A stretch of 62,677 nucleotides of DNA, filler included, from Choristocarpus tenellus KU-1152 (lineage: Eukaryota; Protista; Phaeophyceae), in the NCBI GenBank assembly GCA_964200185.2. It is 12 parts of 12 records of this genome, joined end to end, with 100 filler letters (N's around TTAATTAATTAA, not from the genome) between each part and the next. Parts side by side here need not be neighbours in the genome. Positions count along the whole stretch, not along the records: positions 10,415 to 14,532 come from CAXNAD020016124.1; positions 14,633 to 18,707 come from CAXNAD020016353.1; positions 18,808 to 27,707 come from CAXNAD020004216.1; 9 more parts are not named here. One strand, 5' to 3'. Below are positions 13,391-23,884 of this stretch, in pieces. Below the pieces are notes generated by a model. The model saw only the letters and a program-made list of their open reading frames with translations. It was not told the DNA's origin and made no database searches. A program made the position numbers and the translations under genes. Position 1 is the first letter of the stretch. Every line of letters begins with the position of its first letter.

Positions 13391-13942
13391 GCCATTCCTA
13401 TTGGTGAGTCACCTTCTCCTTCATCAATCCAGTGCATGCCTCCACTGTCATCTTGTGTTGGACAGGTCGGACGTTTAAATCTACATTTTTTTTTACATTT
13501 GGTATATTCGAATTTACATATTTTTCTAATGTTCACGTGCATCTGTTCTGATACGCATGCTTTTATTGGCCTGATGACAACAGATTTGTTTGGGAATTGT
13601 ATATTCTGTCATTGTTCTCTTATACTTACCGCTAACCCCCTTAATGCTCCCTTGGATGAGAGAACTTAGACATCGAATTCAAGATTTTCGTGTGTGTGTC
13701 CTATAGCCCTGCCTATATTGTTAAATCACAATTCCATAAACATTACAATGCGATGATTATGTCTTCTCTTTTTCTGGCGTTGTCCAGAACACGCAGAACC
13801 CCTCTAACCCTATACATGCATACTATACAAAGATTGTCTCTCTCACACAACTAAACCCTGGGACGTGTATATGCAACATGACGCTAAGACCAATCGACGC
13901 AGTTTCTAACCCAATAACAATGGCAATCCAAGTGCACCCAAT

Positions 13943-14201
13943 GAGCCAAAGTATCTTAGAGGGTAGAGCCGCGTCCATTTGGGGGTCAGAATCCAATGTT
14001 GCGATTTTGATGTAATTTTGGCCATCGTTTTTGTTAGGAAGTGTCAATATCCTTGTTCCGGACACTCTTTTCCATAATGTATACATTTTACCAACTCCTA
14101 AACATTTTTGAGTAGGTAAAATGTCACTAAAAACCCGTGGAAAGTCAAGCCCCAAATGGACAAAGAGGGAAAAATTCGTACCCTCTAAGATACTTTCACT
14201 C
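13943..14201 (+). mobile_element. MITE family B, well-preserved copy
   Basis: GAGCCAAAGTATCTTAGAGGGTA ... TACCCTCTAAGATACTTTCACTC; inverted GTCCATTTGGG motifs inside both ends. Confidence 0.93.
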
Positions 14202-14275
14202 GTTTGACAGAGCCTCTTAGCAGCCTATTATGGTGAACTCCTGTGGTCCAAGGCTGACAACGTCTTCAAAATTCC

Positions 14276-14515
14276 GAGTCAAAGCATTTAAGAGGGTAGG
14301 GCCAAGTCTGTTCGGAGTCATAAACCCAATGTTACGATTTTGATGTATTCGTCAGCAAGTGTCAGTATCCTTGTTCCAGACACACCTTCCATATCCTACA
14401 CATTTTACCTACTCCGAAATCCAAAATGTTCACACGAAAAACCTAAAAGGGGCATAAAAAACCCGTGGGAAGCCAAGCCCCAAAAGGACAAATCGAGCAA
14501 TACCCTACCCTCTTA
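14276..14515 (+). mobile_element. MITE family B subfamily copy, right TIR interrupted
   Basis: GAGTCAAAGCATTTAAGAGGGTAG start and B-type body. The right TIR stops at TACCCTCTTA, where a family A-type TIR begins. Confidence 0.82.
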
Positions 14516-14532
14516 GGTTCAAAGTATCTGGG
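14516..14532 (+). mobile_element. Family A-type TIR start (contig end)
   Basis: GGTTCAAAGTATCTGGG running into the linker. Confidence 0.7.
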
Positions 14533-15909
14533 NNNNNNNNNNNNNNNNNNNNNNNNNNNNNNNNNNNNNNNNNNNNTTAATTAATTAANNNNNNNNNNNN
14601 NNNNNNNNNNNNNNNNNNNNNNNNNNNNNNNNCAGTCCATTTTGGGTGTTTGGTCAAATCCGGATCATATGGGTATGGTTGATTTATTGCACTGGTCGGT
14701 ATGGTTGATCTCAAATGACGTGGTTGGCACGCGCAATTGTATACGACCGCGCGTCATATGCACAAGTGTGTGTGTCACAAATCCCCAAAAAGGAACCTGT
14801 CCCTGACATAAGTAATGAATACAAAATACACTTACACTTCTATATTATTTTGCTTTTTACTATTTTTGAGAATATTAATAATTCAAAATAGATTATAAAC
14901 AAATCATTGTGTGTTTGGTGTTTTAGAGACATTACAAATTCAAATAGAATACACATATTTATAGTATTATTGGGGTTTTTTGGTGTTTGAGTGACAGTTG
15001 ATTTGTCACTTCAAGATGTACTGACACTAAGGTGGTGTACCAGTACCTTCGCCCTCTGTGACAATAATATAACTTTTTTTCGCCGTATCGCCGCAAAAGA
15101 TACACAAAACTATATATATCAAATGAAAGGGTATGACAAGAGCTTTTGGAGGTTTATATACAGGAATGTACAAACTTCGGTGAACGGGAACTATGTCCTG
15201 ATAAAATAATGTCAAAAACGCGGGGGAATATCTCCGGCGTAATTTTGAAGGTCACGACTTCAAAACGTACAAAAATGAAGTGATTGGTCGAACTCCTTGC
15301 AAAAACCTGGTTCGGGGTAGTTTGCTGCCCAATTTTGACTGGTGCGACCCTACCGAAAAAAAGCAGAACCCCCCCCAAGATTTCCAGACATCTTTTTATC
15401 TAGACATCTTTTTACGTCTTTTCCAGACTTTTTCTGTGAGCACACACACGCGTTACTTACACAGCAACATGAACTACGACGGTGAGACAAGGAGAGTCGC
15501 CGAGGCCACTCTGACCCCTGGATCTACCCTCGGTACCTTCTCTGTCGAGAGATGATGTAAAAGTAAGTACCGTGTGACACTCAGTGCAATGTTAGGTAAC
15601 GAGAAAGTGCAAGTAGTGTGGCGCAGCAGCATAATCAAATCGCGAAATGGATCACGGGGCCACGATGCTGACACTGAGAGAAGATGCATTGAAAGCATTA
15701 CCACACAAATGGGGTTGGATCTTCAACCGATGCGAAGCACTCCTCTGCAGTCTCTGCTGCCTCGGGAAAGCAGGAAGAGAGCGGTGAGTCCATCACCAGG
15801 TGGTACAGTGACCAAGTCTGTGGGGAAGCCTGGTCACAGTGGGCGTAGGGAGAACTAGGGTGGCCGCCCGAAGGGAAGATTGAGGAAGAGAACAGTGCGA
15901 CTGCGTGCC

Positions 15910-16088
15910 GGCTCAAAGTATCTGGGGGGGGTGGCGGCTGTCCATTTGGGGCCAATTTTTTCATGTCGCGATTTTTGGGTGATTGGGTTCCATAAGTCGG
16001 ATGGATAATGAAAGTGCACTTTTCCTGGTTTTAGCCCATATGGACACCCCGGTGTAGATCCCCCCCCCTCCCCCAGATACTTTGGGTC
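15910..16088 (+). mobile_element. MITE family A, full copy (~179 bp)
   Basis: TIR GGCTCAAAGTATCTGGGGGGGG ... CCCCCAGATACTTTGGGTC; subterminal GTCCATTTGGG and CCCATATGGAC. Confidence 0.93.
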
Positions 16089-16488
16089 CATGGCAAACAA
16101 TCACATGACTGAATAGATGCTTCAGTGCACGCACCACTTCATTTACCGTTGTGGTGAGTGGACCTGCCTAAGATTAGATACCCAAGGACGAGTACATCCC
16201 TACATGATGTGCCTACAGATACCGCAGGCCTAGTGAACAGTCGATTAACTGATGATGCGCTGTGCTCCCCTGCCATCCTACGCATCAGCTTAGGGTTAGG
16301 GCGAGAGGAGCATAAGAGCTAATCAACGAGGAGGGAAACCCACAGACATGTATATCAGCCATTCGGGTGTATGTGCTCTACATTGCAAAAACAAATTCCA
16401 TTACCCCTCTTTTTAGCTCCAAATATACAATGCGTAAGTAGGCAGAGTATTATATGCCAACTAACGACGGACATCATCGTTCGCGCAG

Positions 16489-18707
16489 GTTGTAACCTTG
16501 TCTGCACAGCCACCCACCTTGCCCTCACTAGGCTTATCGACAAGTACCACAACAGCCTCGATCGCGCGGGGAGTCACATCATCCAGCACACACATTGGCA
16601 GGTTAAAAAGTTTCGTCTTGACACGACCTACTCAACACATACTCGCTGAACACCGGTCACCAAACATCTAACTGCACGGTCTTTAGTTTTGGTTAGTGTG
16701 TTACTTGTTGCATGTATGATGGTGGTGATGTAGAGCTTGCGCTCTAGCAATCATGGAAATGACCCTGTTCCACCACGAAACGCGGCGAAATGGGCTGACA
16801 TACCGGCCTCACGCCTATCACTTCCTCGCTCCCAACTCCCCAAACTGGCCAGGTCGACAAATGCGTCTCAGAGAACAAGAACAATTTCTTTCTCGGATAT
16901 GCGGGGCTGTTGGTCGCGGCGAGTATCATTCGTGTGGTCGAGATACATTTTATGATGGTGGGGCACACGCACATCAAAATCGATCAGATCTTCTCCAGGT
17001 AATAAGGCAAGATATGCAAGTGCGATAGCCACATAGTGTTTTGATACGGACAGATACTACCTTGAGGCTTGCGGCTCATGCTTGTTGCATCCATGTATGG
17101 TTTATGGTCATACACTGTAATTGATTGATTGGCTTTTGATTTCCCCACCAAAAAATTGAACAATAAGAGCAGCTGCCAAAACTGTTTTGTAAACTACTGT
17201 ATAGAACAAAACAATAAAAAAATGTACGCATCACCCCTTGTTATATCTATACTTCCATATACATGCTGAGGAGCATGTGCCTGCATATATGTCTTGCTTC
17301 TCCACTTCGTTTCTTTCGCCCTCGCCTCAAAATTAACTTGCTTGCATTTCACCTTCAGGTTCTCACGTGGTATAAAAGGGAAGAACATATTCCCGAGAAC
17401 ACAGCTGGGTGAAGAGCTTCAGGCCCCTTACACGGAGGTTCCTGTCTACTGCAAGACCCTACGGAACGAGGGCCACTTCAAGGGACTCCTTCACGGTTGT
17501 GTCAACCGTGTCCCCAACATCACGGGCTACAGGACTTTTCGCGTTGAAAAAGGCGGTGATGGGCGGGTTAAGGTTAGCTTAAGTGATACATGCACAGAAC
17601 CGAATGGAGTGGCATAGGGGGAGACCTTGCTATCGACCCCAACGCCCCTCCGCACGACCTCTTCATCGGCCACCCGCCTCATATCCAAGATGCACCACCC
17701 TACCAGCTCAAGAGCGTTTCCGAACACGTCATCCTGAAGGTGGAGCAGCAGTACCAGGCGTCGCACGATCGCCTCGCTGCTGCGTACCCACTGGGTAAAT
17801 CGATTTTTTCGTGAGGGGAGTTGATGGCTAATTTTTGTATTCGGTGGGAGCCAAAAAAATCTGGTGCAACTTCTGTACGAGGAAGCCCTTACAACCTTTA
17901 CAAAAACAATATTGAAAAATATGCCATTCTCCTGCGTAGTGATCGTCGCATGTTACAATAATAAGTACCATAGATTACCCCCGATAAATGTTTTGAGGGT
18001 ACCGGTCTTGTACTCAACAGACACGAATCCGACGAAATATAGACCCTCCCTCTCACTGCATGCTCCCCGAGCGCATTCGTGAAACCTCACGCCTGGTTAC
18101 AAAGTAACATTCATGCTTCCATACTATTGATGTTCTCGTGCTCATGGATTCCACCTTCGCAGACGATGAAGCCGTTCAGAGAGCGAAACACGAGCAAAGC
18201 GAGTCTGTGCGGCTTCTCAAAAAGACAGGGGAACGAGAGTTCGACCTCCCAGTCCATTGGCTTTCCACCGATGACGATGGTCCTGGAACTGGTACCAGCG
18301 ACGTCGAAGACAATGACGAGGGCGAACGTTCGGGTGGAGGAGGTAATCTCGTCAGCGGTGACAAAGATCTCGGCGGGCTCGAGGAAACAGACTCTTCCTC
18401 ATCGGACAGTGACAATGAAGAAGCTGACTCCCGTCGACGGGGTTGGCCTCGTGCTACGTTGACATTGGCGAACCATGGAAACCTCGTCTCCGTGCAGAAA
18501 GGCAGATTTGCCTTTTTTGTGGCAACGGAGGCGGGTGGTAAGATCCTAGCGGAGCGCGTCGGCGAGGACGGGGATGGTGGGGTGGATCTTCACTGGCTTC
18601 GGCCGACCAGCGACCACACGCGTGACAACGCCGCGTTTATGACCCTTGAGAAGCACGGGAAAAGTAGTTTTGTAGAAGGCTGCATACACGCTGGTGATAG
18701 ATCCGGA
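16489..18707 (+). pseudogene. Intron-containing Sola-type (DUF7869-like) DDD transposase, degenerate; exons 16489-16601, 16853-16998, 17359-~17795 and ~18130-18707
   Basis: GT-AG splicing of the first three exons in consistent phase gives GCNLVCTATHLALTRL...HTHWQ|VDKCVSENKNNFFLGYAGLLVAASIIRVVEIHFMMVGHTHIKIDQIFS|RFSRGI...FRVEK, matching the QxDNCxxENKN...FLxVGHTHxxIDQxFS signature. Frameshift near 17580. C-terminal acidic stretch followed by GRFAFFVA...VDLHWLRP. Confidence 0.82.
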
Positions 18708-19185
18708 NNNNNNNNNNNNNNNNNNNNNNNNNNNNNNNNNNNNNNNNNNNNTTAATTAATTAANNNNNNNNNNNNNNNNNNNNNNNNNNNNNNNNNNNNN
18801 NNNNNNNAAGCACTCGTGCGAACCCCCCAACACCCCCACCCCCCACCAGGGGAAGCAAATAAAAACAAAGAAAAAAACACAGCCTAGAAAGAAAAAAAAA
18901 ACGGCAGCAAACAACAATTTTTTTACAAGAAAATCGGAAAGTCCTTCCAGCTAGATGCTGGCGCAGACCGTTGGCCAATCAGCATATGACGGTAAACACC
19001 ATACCACCAACATAACAACATACCAACAATGGTATATATATTCAACACATTTTACCATCATCGGTTTCTTTCACGGTTGTACCTTTCCTCAAACCAACCC
19101 CATCTCTTCTGTATTCGCCTCCCTCAGCCCAACCCTAATCCTAACACAAACACTATCAACACTAGGTTCTTATTCAAGTTTTTAC

Positions 19186-19277
19186 CCTAACCCTAACCCT
19201 AACCCCAACCCCAACCCCAACCCCAACCCCAACCTCAACCTCAACCCCAACCCCAACCTCAACCTCAACCCTAACCC
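19186..19277 (+). repeat. Interstitial telomere-like hexamer array (CCCTAA/CCCCAA/CCTCAA)
   Basis: About 15 tandem hexamers read directly from the sequence. Confidence 0.9.
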
Positions 19278-19307
19278 GTTCCCTAGTCCTCAACATAAAC
19301 ACCAAAC

Positions 19308-20125
19308 ACACCTTACTGGCACATCCAAAGAGCTCCACCAGGTTGAGGAAATACAGGGTTCCGGTCAGCACCGCCCCGGATGCAATGCTAGCCAGATCAT
19401 GCATAAAAAGGAAGGCAAAACCACTCCCCTTTCTCGACATACTCTTGACAGAGATCTCCTCATCAAGCTCAGAAAAACACCCTGCTCCTCCTTGATCGCT
19501 AATGTTATCATCCCACGACCTAAATGCCTTCCATCCAACAGTTGCCATGAAGCAATTAGCGGCCAGGATCAGAATGAGCAGGGACAGAATCCGAAATGAG
19601 TGCCTTCGGCCCAGCATGGGGTTGTCCATCACCTTGGAGAGGCAGTGTGTAGATTGGAGGGAGGGAGTCAAGGTCGTCACGTGGGGTGACTCGAAACGGT
19701 GACCACTATAGACTTGACACGCACGCAGATGTTGATGTTGATGTAGATATTTGATATTGATATTGATATTGATATTGATATCGGTATTGATAATGACGTA
19801 TTCGTAAATATTGATACTGATACAGATAGCAATATAGACAGAGAAAGATATTAACAATAATGATGATAACAATGATAGTCATAATACTACTACTACTTAA
19901 AATAATAAGGGGAGGGGGTGTGATTGGAGAGTAACCAACACCATCCACCAACTCTGGAAGCAACAAACTCTGCAAAAACCCAATAGTCACCATCTCTGAC
20001 CTGCTCCAGGTGGTGTTGGCTGAGGACAGTCGTCATCCCCAGACCGCCCACGGCTGTGAACCAACCAATCCACAACCACCACTCGTTATAATCCTGACAA
20101 TTCATAAATGCCGCACACAACCCAA
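19308..20125 (-). CDS. Partial multi-exon membrane protein (exons ~20125-20000 and ~19720-19308)
   Basis: Hydrophobic stop-free segments (EWWLWIGWFTAVGGLG; RILSLLILILAANCFMATVGW; ASGAVLTGTLYFLNLVELFG), each ending at a GT donor and flanked by microsatellite-rich intron-like DNA. Splice phase not confirmed. Confidence 0.5.
19738..19792. repeat. (GATATT)n microsatellite
   Basis: Tandem TTGATA units. Confidence 0.85.
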
Positions 20126-20931
20126 AAAGGTTCAGAGGGAGGGGAAAATGCCAGACAAGGTGGTGTAAAAAAATGTTCTAAAAAGAACGCGAGGGATTGC
20201 ACTTTGGAGGTTTCACTTCTTTTTTTTAAGTACACAAACAGTAGTTCATGGAGATCATCTCATAATGATAAAACCAACCTTTGGCAGGCTCCACAACAAA
20301 AGGTGTACCTCCAAAGGGTACACCGCAAAAGAAGGAAGGCATGTACGTGTCTTGTGCAAAACAGACAATAGTCACGACATAAAATGCCTCATCATATTTC
20401 GTCCATTTCATGTGTAACTACTGACTGTTGCAAGCACTGAAAGGCACTTACAAATGAAAAAGCAAAACTATGAACAGATAGTCCACATAGATGTGTGTGG
20501 GTTTGTCTCCATGGAGTGCATTTCTTTCTTCCAATCTTGTGTGTGTGATTTGATTATTGTCTCCTACAGCGCTGAGATGAGCACTCTGATAACCAACAGC
20601 ACTATACTGTACATTACGTTGAAAACTACATAGAACTAAACAACAACAGACCTCAAAATATACTTTCCCATCAAAAACACCCCAAGAAAACACAGATGGC
20701 ATCAAGAGGCACTACATCTCGCAGAACAAGGGTACAGCTGCAGTCCGGAGAAAATAACGCCTCATAAGTTAATGAACTCTTGTTCTAACAATCGGCAATG
20801 GAAGGGGACACACTTGTCTCAAGCAGGTGAAGATTTTACTTCCTTGTGTATCAAACACATCCTTGTTTCTTGTCACACCTATTCACAACTCATAACGGCT
20901 ACAACATCTCAAAAAAACGATCAATAACATC

Positions 20932-21340
20932 AACCTTAACCCTAATCCAACCCCTACCGTAACCCTTACCCTAATCTTCACAATGTAACATGCAAATTAT
21001 AGGGTTAGGGATAGACTAAGCCAAACCCTAACTCTAAACCTGATCATGACAATACTATCTACTGAGTACAAATCATAGGGTTAGGATTAGCCTAACCCTA
21101 ACCCTAACACTAACCCTAAATATCTACATAATTCTATGTACTCTGGAATATTAATTTAGGGTTAGGGTTGGACAAATCCCAACACTAACTATTAGTACAA
21201 CCCTAATCTAAATTTAGTCTTGACCAATACTATGTAAGATTTAGACCTAGCCCTAAACCTATTTCTACCTTTAATCCTACTACAACACATACTCGACCCT
21301 CCTCCAACACTACTAACCCTAGCCCTAACTCTAACCCTTA
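20932..21340. repeat. Degenerate telomere-like cluster with CCCTAA and TTAGGG tracts in both orientations
   Basis: Repeated AACCCT(A) units interleaved with AGGGTTAGG at about 21000, 21078 and 21157. Confidence 0.75.
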
Positions 21341-21725
21341 GAAAACAAAATGTCATTTGTATCTAAACTTCAAATCTAACCACACACCAACCCTTCACGC
21401 AAATCACACAACACAGGAACTTCTAAATCACTCAACACAACACCAGTAAACACAAGATGGGGAGTGCGTATTGCCTGGGAGGGGAGGTGCATTGAACAAA
21501 AGGCAACATAGTTAACATAATAATATAAATCGAGCACAGTGAGGCGCACTAAAGGGCATTCACAAAAGGAACCACTGTGCCATGCAAACATCCCACCCCC
21601 AACACACGCACAACGCCTAATCCTAAAAATATCAACAGAACGCAGTGGATGATCCACCTAATCTCTCCATCGCCTCGCCATATCACCAAAATACCTTGCA
21701 GTTACATTACTTGTCCTATCACACA

Positions 21726-22069
21726 CCATCAAATATTTGGGGGGGGGGGTTGTCTTGAACGGAACTTGAAATATAAATCTGCATTGGGGCTTGGCAGCAC
21801 TGCAAATCTACTAGTATGTTGGATAGATGAAAAAGGTAGCGTTGATTTTTCAGGTGTCCCCATACTGCTGCCTTGCAATATTCACGTATTTTTAGTCTTG
21901 TGGAGGTTACTTTCAGCTAATGAAGTGTTTCCAAATAATCTTCTCTTCTACAGCAACAGGAGGATAACTCCATTTCAGGCATGATCACGGTGAACAATGC
22001 ACAAGGTTGAAAAGGACCCTTGAAACATTTCAGGACAAAAATTGATCCCCCTCTCAGATAATTTCAGTC
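21726..22069. mobile_element. Degenerate element with family A-like termini and a different body
   Basis: CATCAAATATTTGGGGGGGGGGG at left and CCCCCTCTCAGATAATTTCAGTC at right. Confidence 0.4.
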
Positions 22070-22725
22070 AATTTTGGTCTTATCGAGGTCGGATATATTG
22101 ACCCTAACACAACCTGAATCTGCAACAGGTTGAGGGAAGAAAGTGCCACTTAAAATATATATATATATATATATATACACGCACTGGTACAGACTAGAGG
22201 GTTGGTTCAATGCGTACCGATATAGTAGTAGGTTAGGCGCCAAAGGATAAATGAAACGAAAACGAACATGATCTTTTAAAAGTTATGCCCAACAAAGTCC
22301 AAATACTCTGGATTTCAATAACAAATATGGTGAATTCCAACACACTCCTATATATGTTAGACTATTGAGGGGGATGAGGTTTCACTCAAAAACAATAGTC
22401 TACCCTTTGACTCATGCCGGTTATATCTTTCCGAGAGGTACAACAAGCATCTCCTTCGCAACAGATATGCAGTTGTCTGGTCACAGTTAGATTGCATGTC
22501 GCCAAGTATAGATGCACTCTACACCAGTAAACAAAAAAAAGCCAGGAAATCTAATACAAGAACTTTACATTACCAGAAGAAATGTGTCCTAAGGACCAAG
22601 GACCCGACAGGCATCAAATGTAGCACTGAGAGGTCATAAGGCGAACGGAAGGCAGAATGTTCGTGGCATAACATCAACAAACAAGTAGACAATAAACTTC
22701 AACACATGTTTTGAATACAGTGGTT

Positions 22726-23884
22726 CTATCCCATCACCTGGGGTTCTATCATCAGTGATACAAAGAAATATGCCCAGGGTGCAAAGCGTGCTATCCACTC
22801 CTTAGCTAGGTCCATTTCCCTCTGCCTCAGTTTGCCAAAGAGGAGTCCCACTGCCCACAGAAGGATTATGTAAGCCATGCATATGGTAAAAACCATGTGG
22901 ACAACAGGGTTCATACCGACTCTGTGGGCGAGAGTACGGATCCAAGCCAGCCCCAGCGATGGAAACCATCTGTAGGTGGACACCACAGCACCTTTACAAT
23001 AGGAAAGATATGCTGAGTTAGATCGAGTCTTGAGTTGTTGCATCACTGTACCAAGGTGGTTGAAATTTCGCTGGAGTTCACAGGGAGGACACGTTCGGTA
23101 TGGTGGAGGGCGTCGATAAAAAGCCGTGAAACAAATAAATCGGTCAGTAGGGTTACAAATGGTGCTATTTTTGTATCTCGCTCGTTCTCCTTGAATATGG
23201 AAGATGAGTCTTCCGCAAGGATACATGAAACCGACAAGAGGAATGCGTCTCAAACACTCCCTTCATGTTCTTATAACCATGTCCGAGGTCGGTATGGACC
23301 TCAGTATGATACAGTTACTTAATTCTCATTCCTCAGTCTCTCAAAATAGCACGCATCTATCCATAGTGGGTTTGCGTCAGCTTCAACTGAGTATTGCCCC
23401 GATTCAACAACTCCTTTCGTCCAAGCCTCGTTTATGCCTGAAACAATGGGATTTGTTGAGATTACTGGGGAAAGCAGACTGCAGTGCAGATGCTTCACAA
23501 AAAAAAACAATTTCAATTAACCTTGGAGAGAACGTGGAGCAAGAACGTGGAGTAAGAACTGCATTTGGGAAACAAAAACAAAACCACTTTCAATAACTGT
23601 CCTGGGGCTCACTGTTTCCTCTCGACAAAGTCCGACAAAAGTGATCCTTCTCCAGGCAGTCTATACTTGGATCATTTTATCTTTTCAATGAGAGTTATCC
23701 CTCATGCAACAAAGGGTCTCCAATTCGCTGTTCTTGAACATGGTTCTATACCTTTGGCAAGCCCCAACATAAACGCTAGGGCCTCTCGAAAGCTTGTCCC
23801 TGGTTCATCACACACAAGAACGAAGCCACCAAACATGAATAGAACATTGAGAGTTATGAAGCGTAGCAAGTGGGGTAGAGCCAT
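22726..23884 (-). pseudogene. Frameshifted intronless gene: N-terminal signal-like peptide and C-terminal transmembrane segment
   Basis: Collinear minus-strand ORF pieces at 23884-23702, 23516-23319, 23237-23043 and 23050-22726; MALPHLLRFITLNVLFMFGGFVLVC start and MVFTICMAYIILLWAVGLLF TM. Confidence 0.35.

Noticed and set aside
13823-14155. Similar small ORFs at 9799, 13823, 52359 and 61228 as a gene family
   Set aside because: They are chance translations of MITE family B copies, with inconsistent frames and stops.
16737-17028. Listed 72-aa and 91-aa ORFs as genes
   Set aside because: Wrong frames; the transposase motif is in the third frame from 16853 and the upstream part is intron.
18955-19599. 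214-aa plus-strand ORF with PN repeats
   Set aside because: Translation of the telomere-like hexamer array plus the antisense of a likely minus-strand exon.
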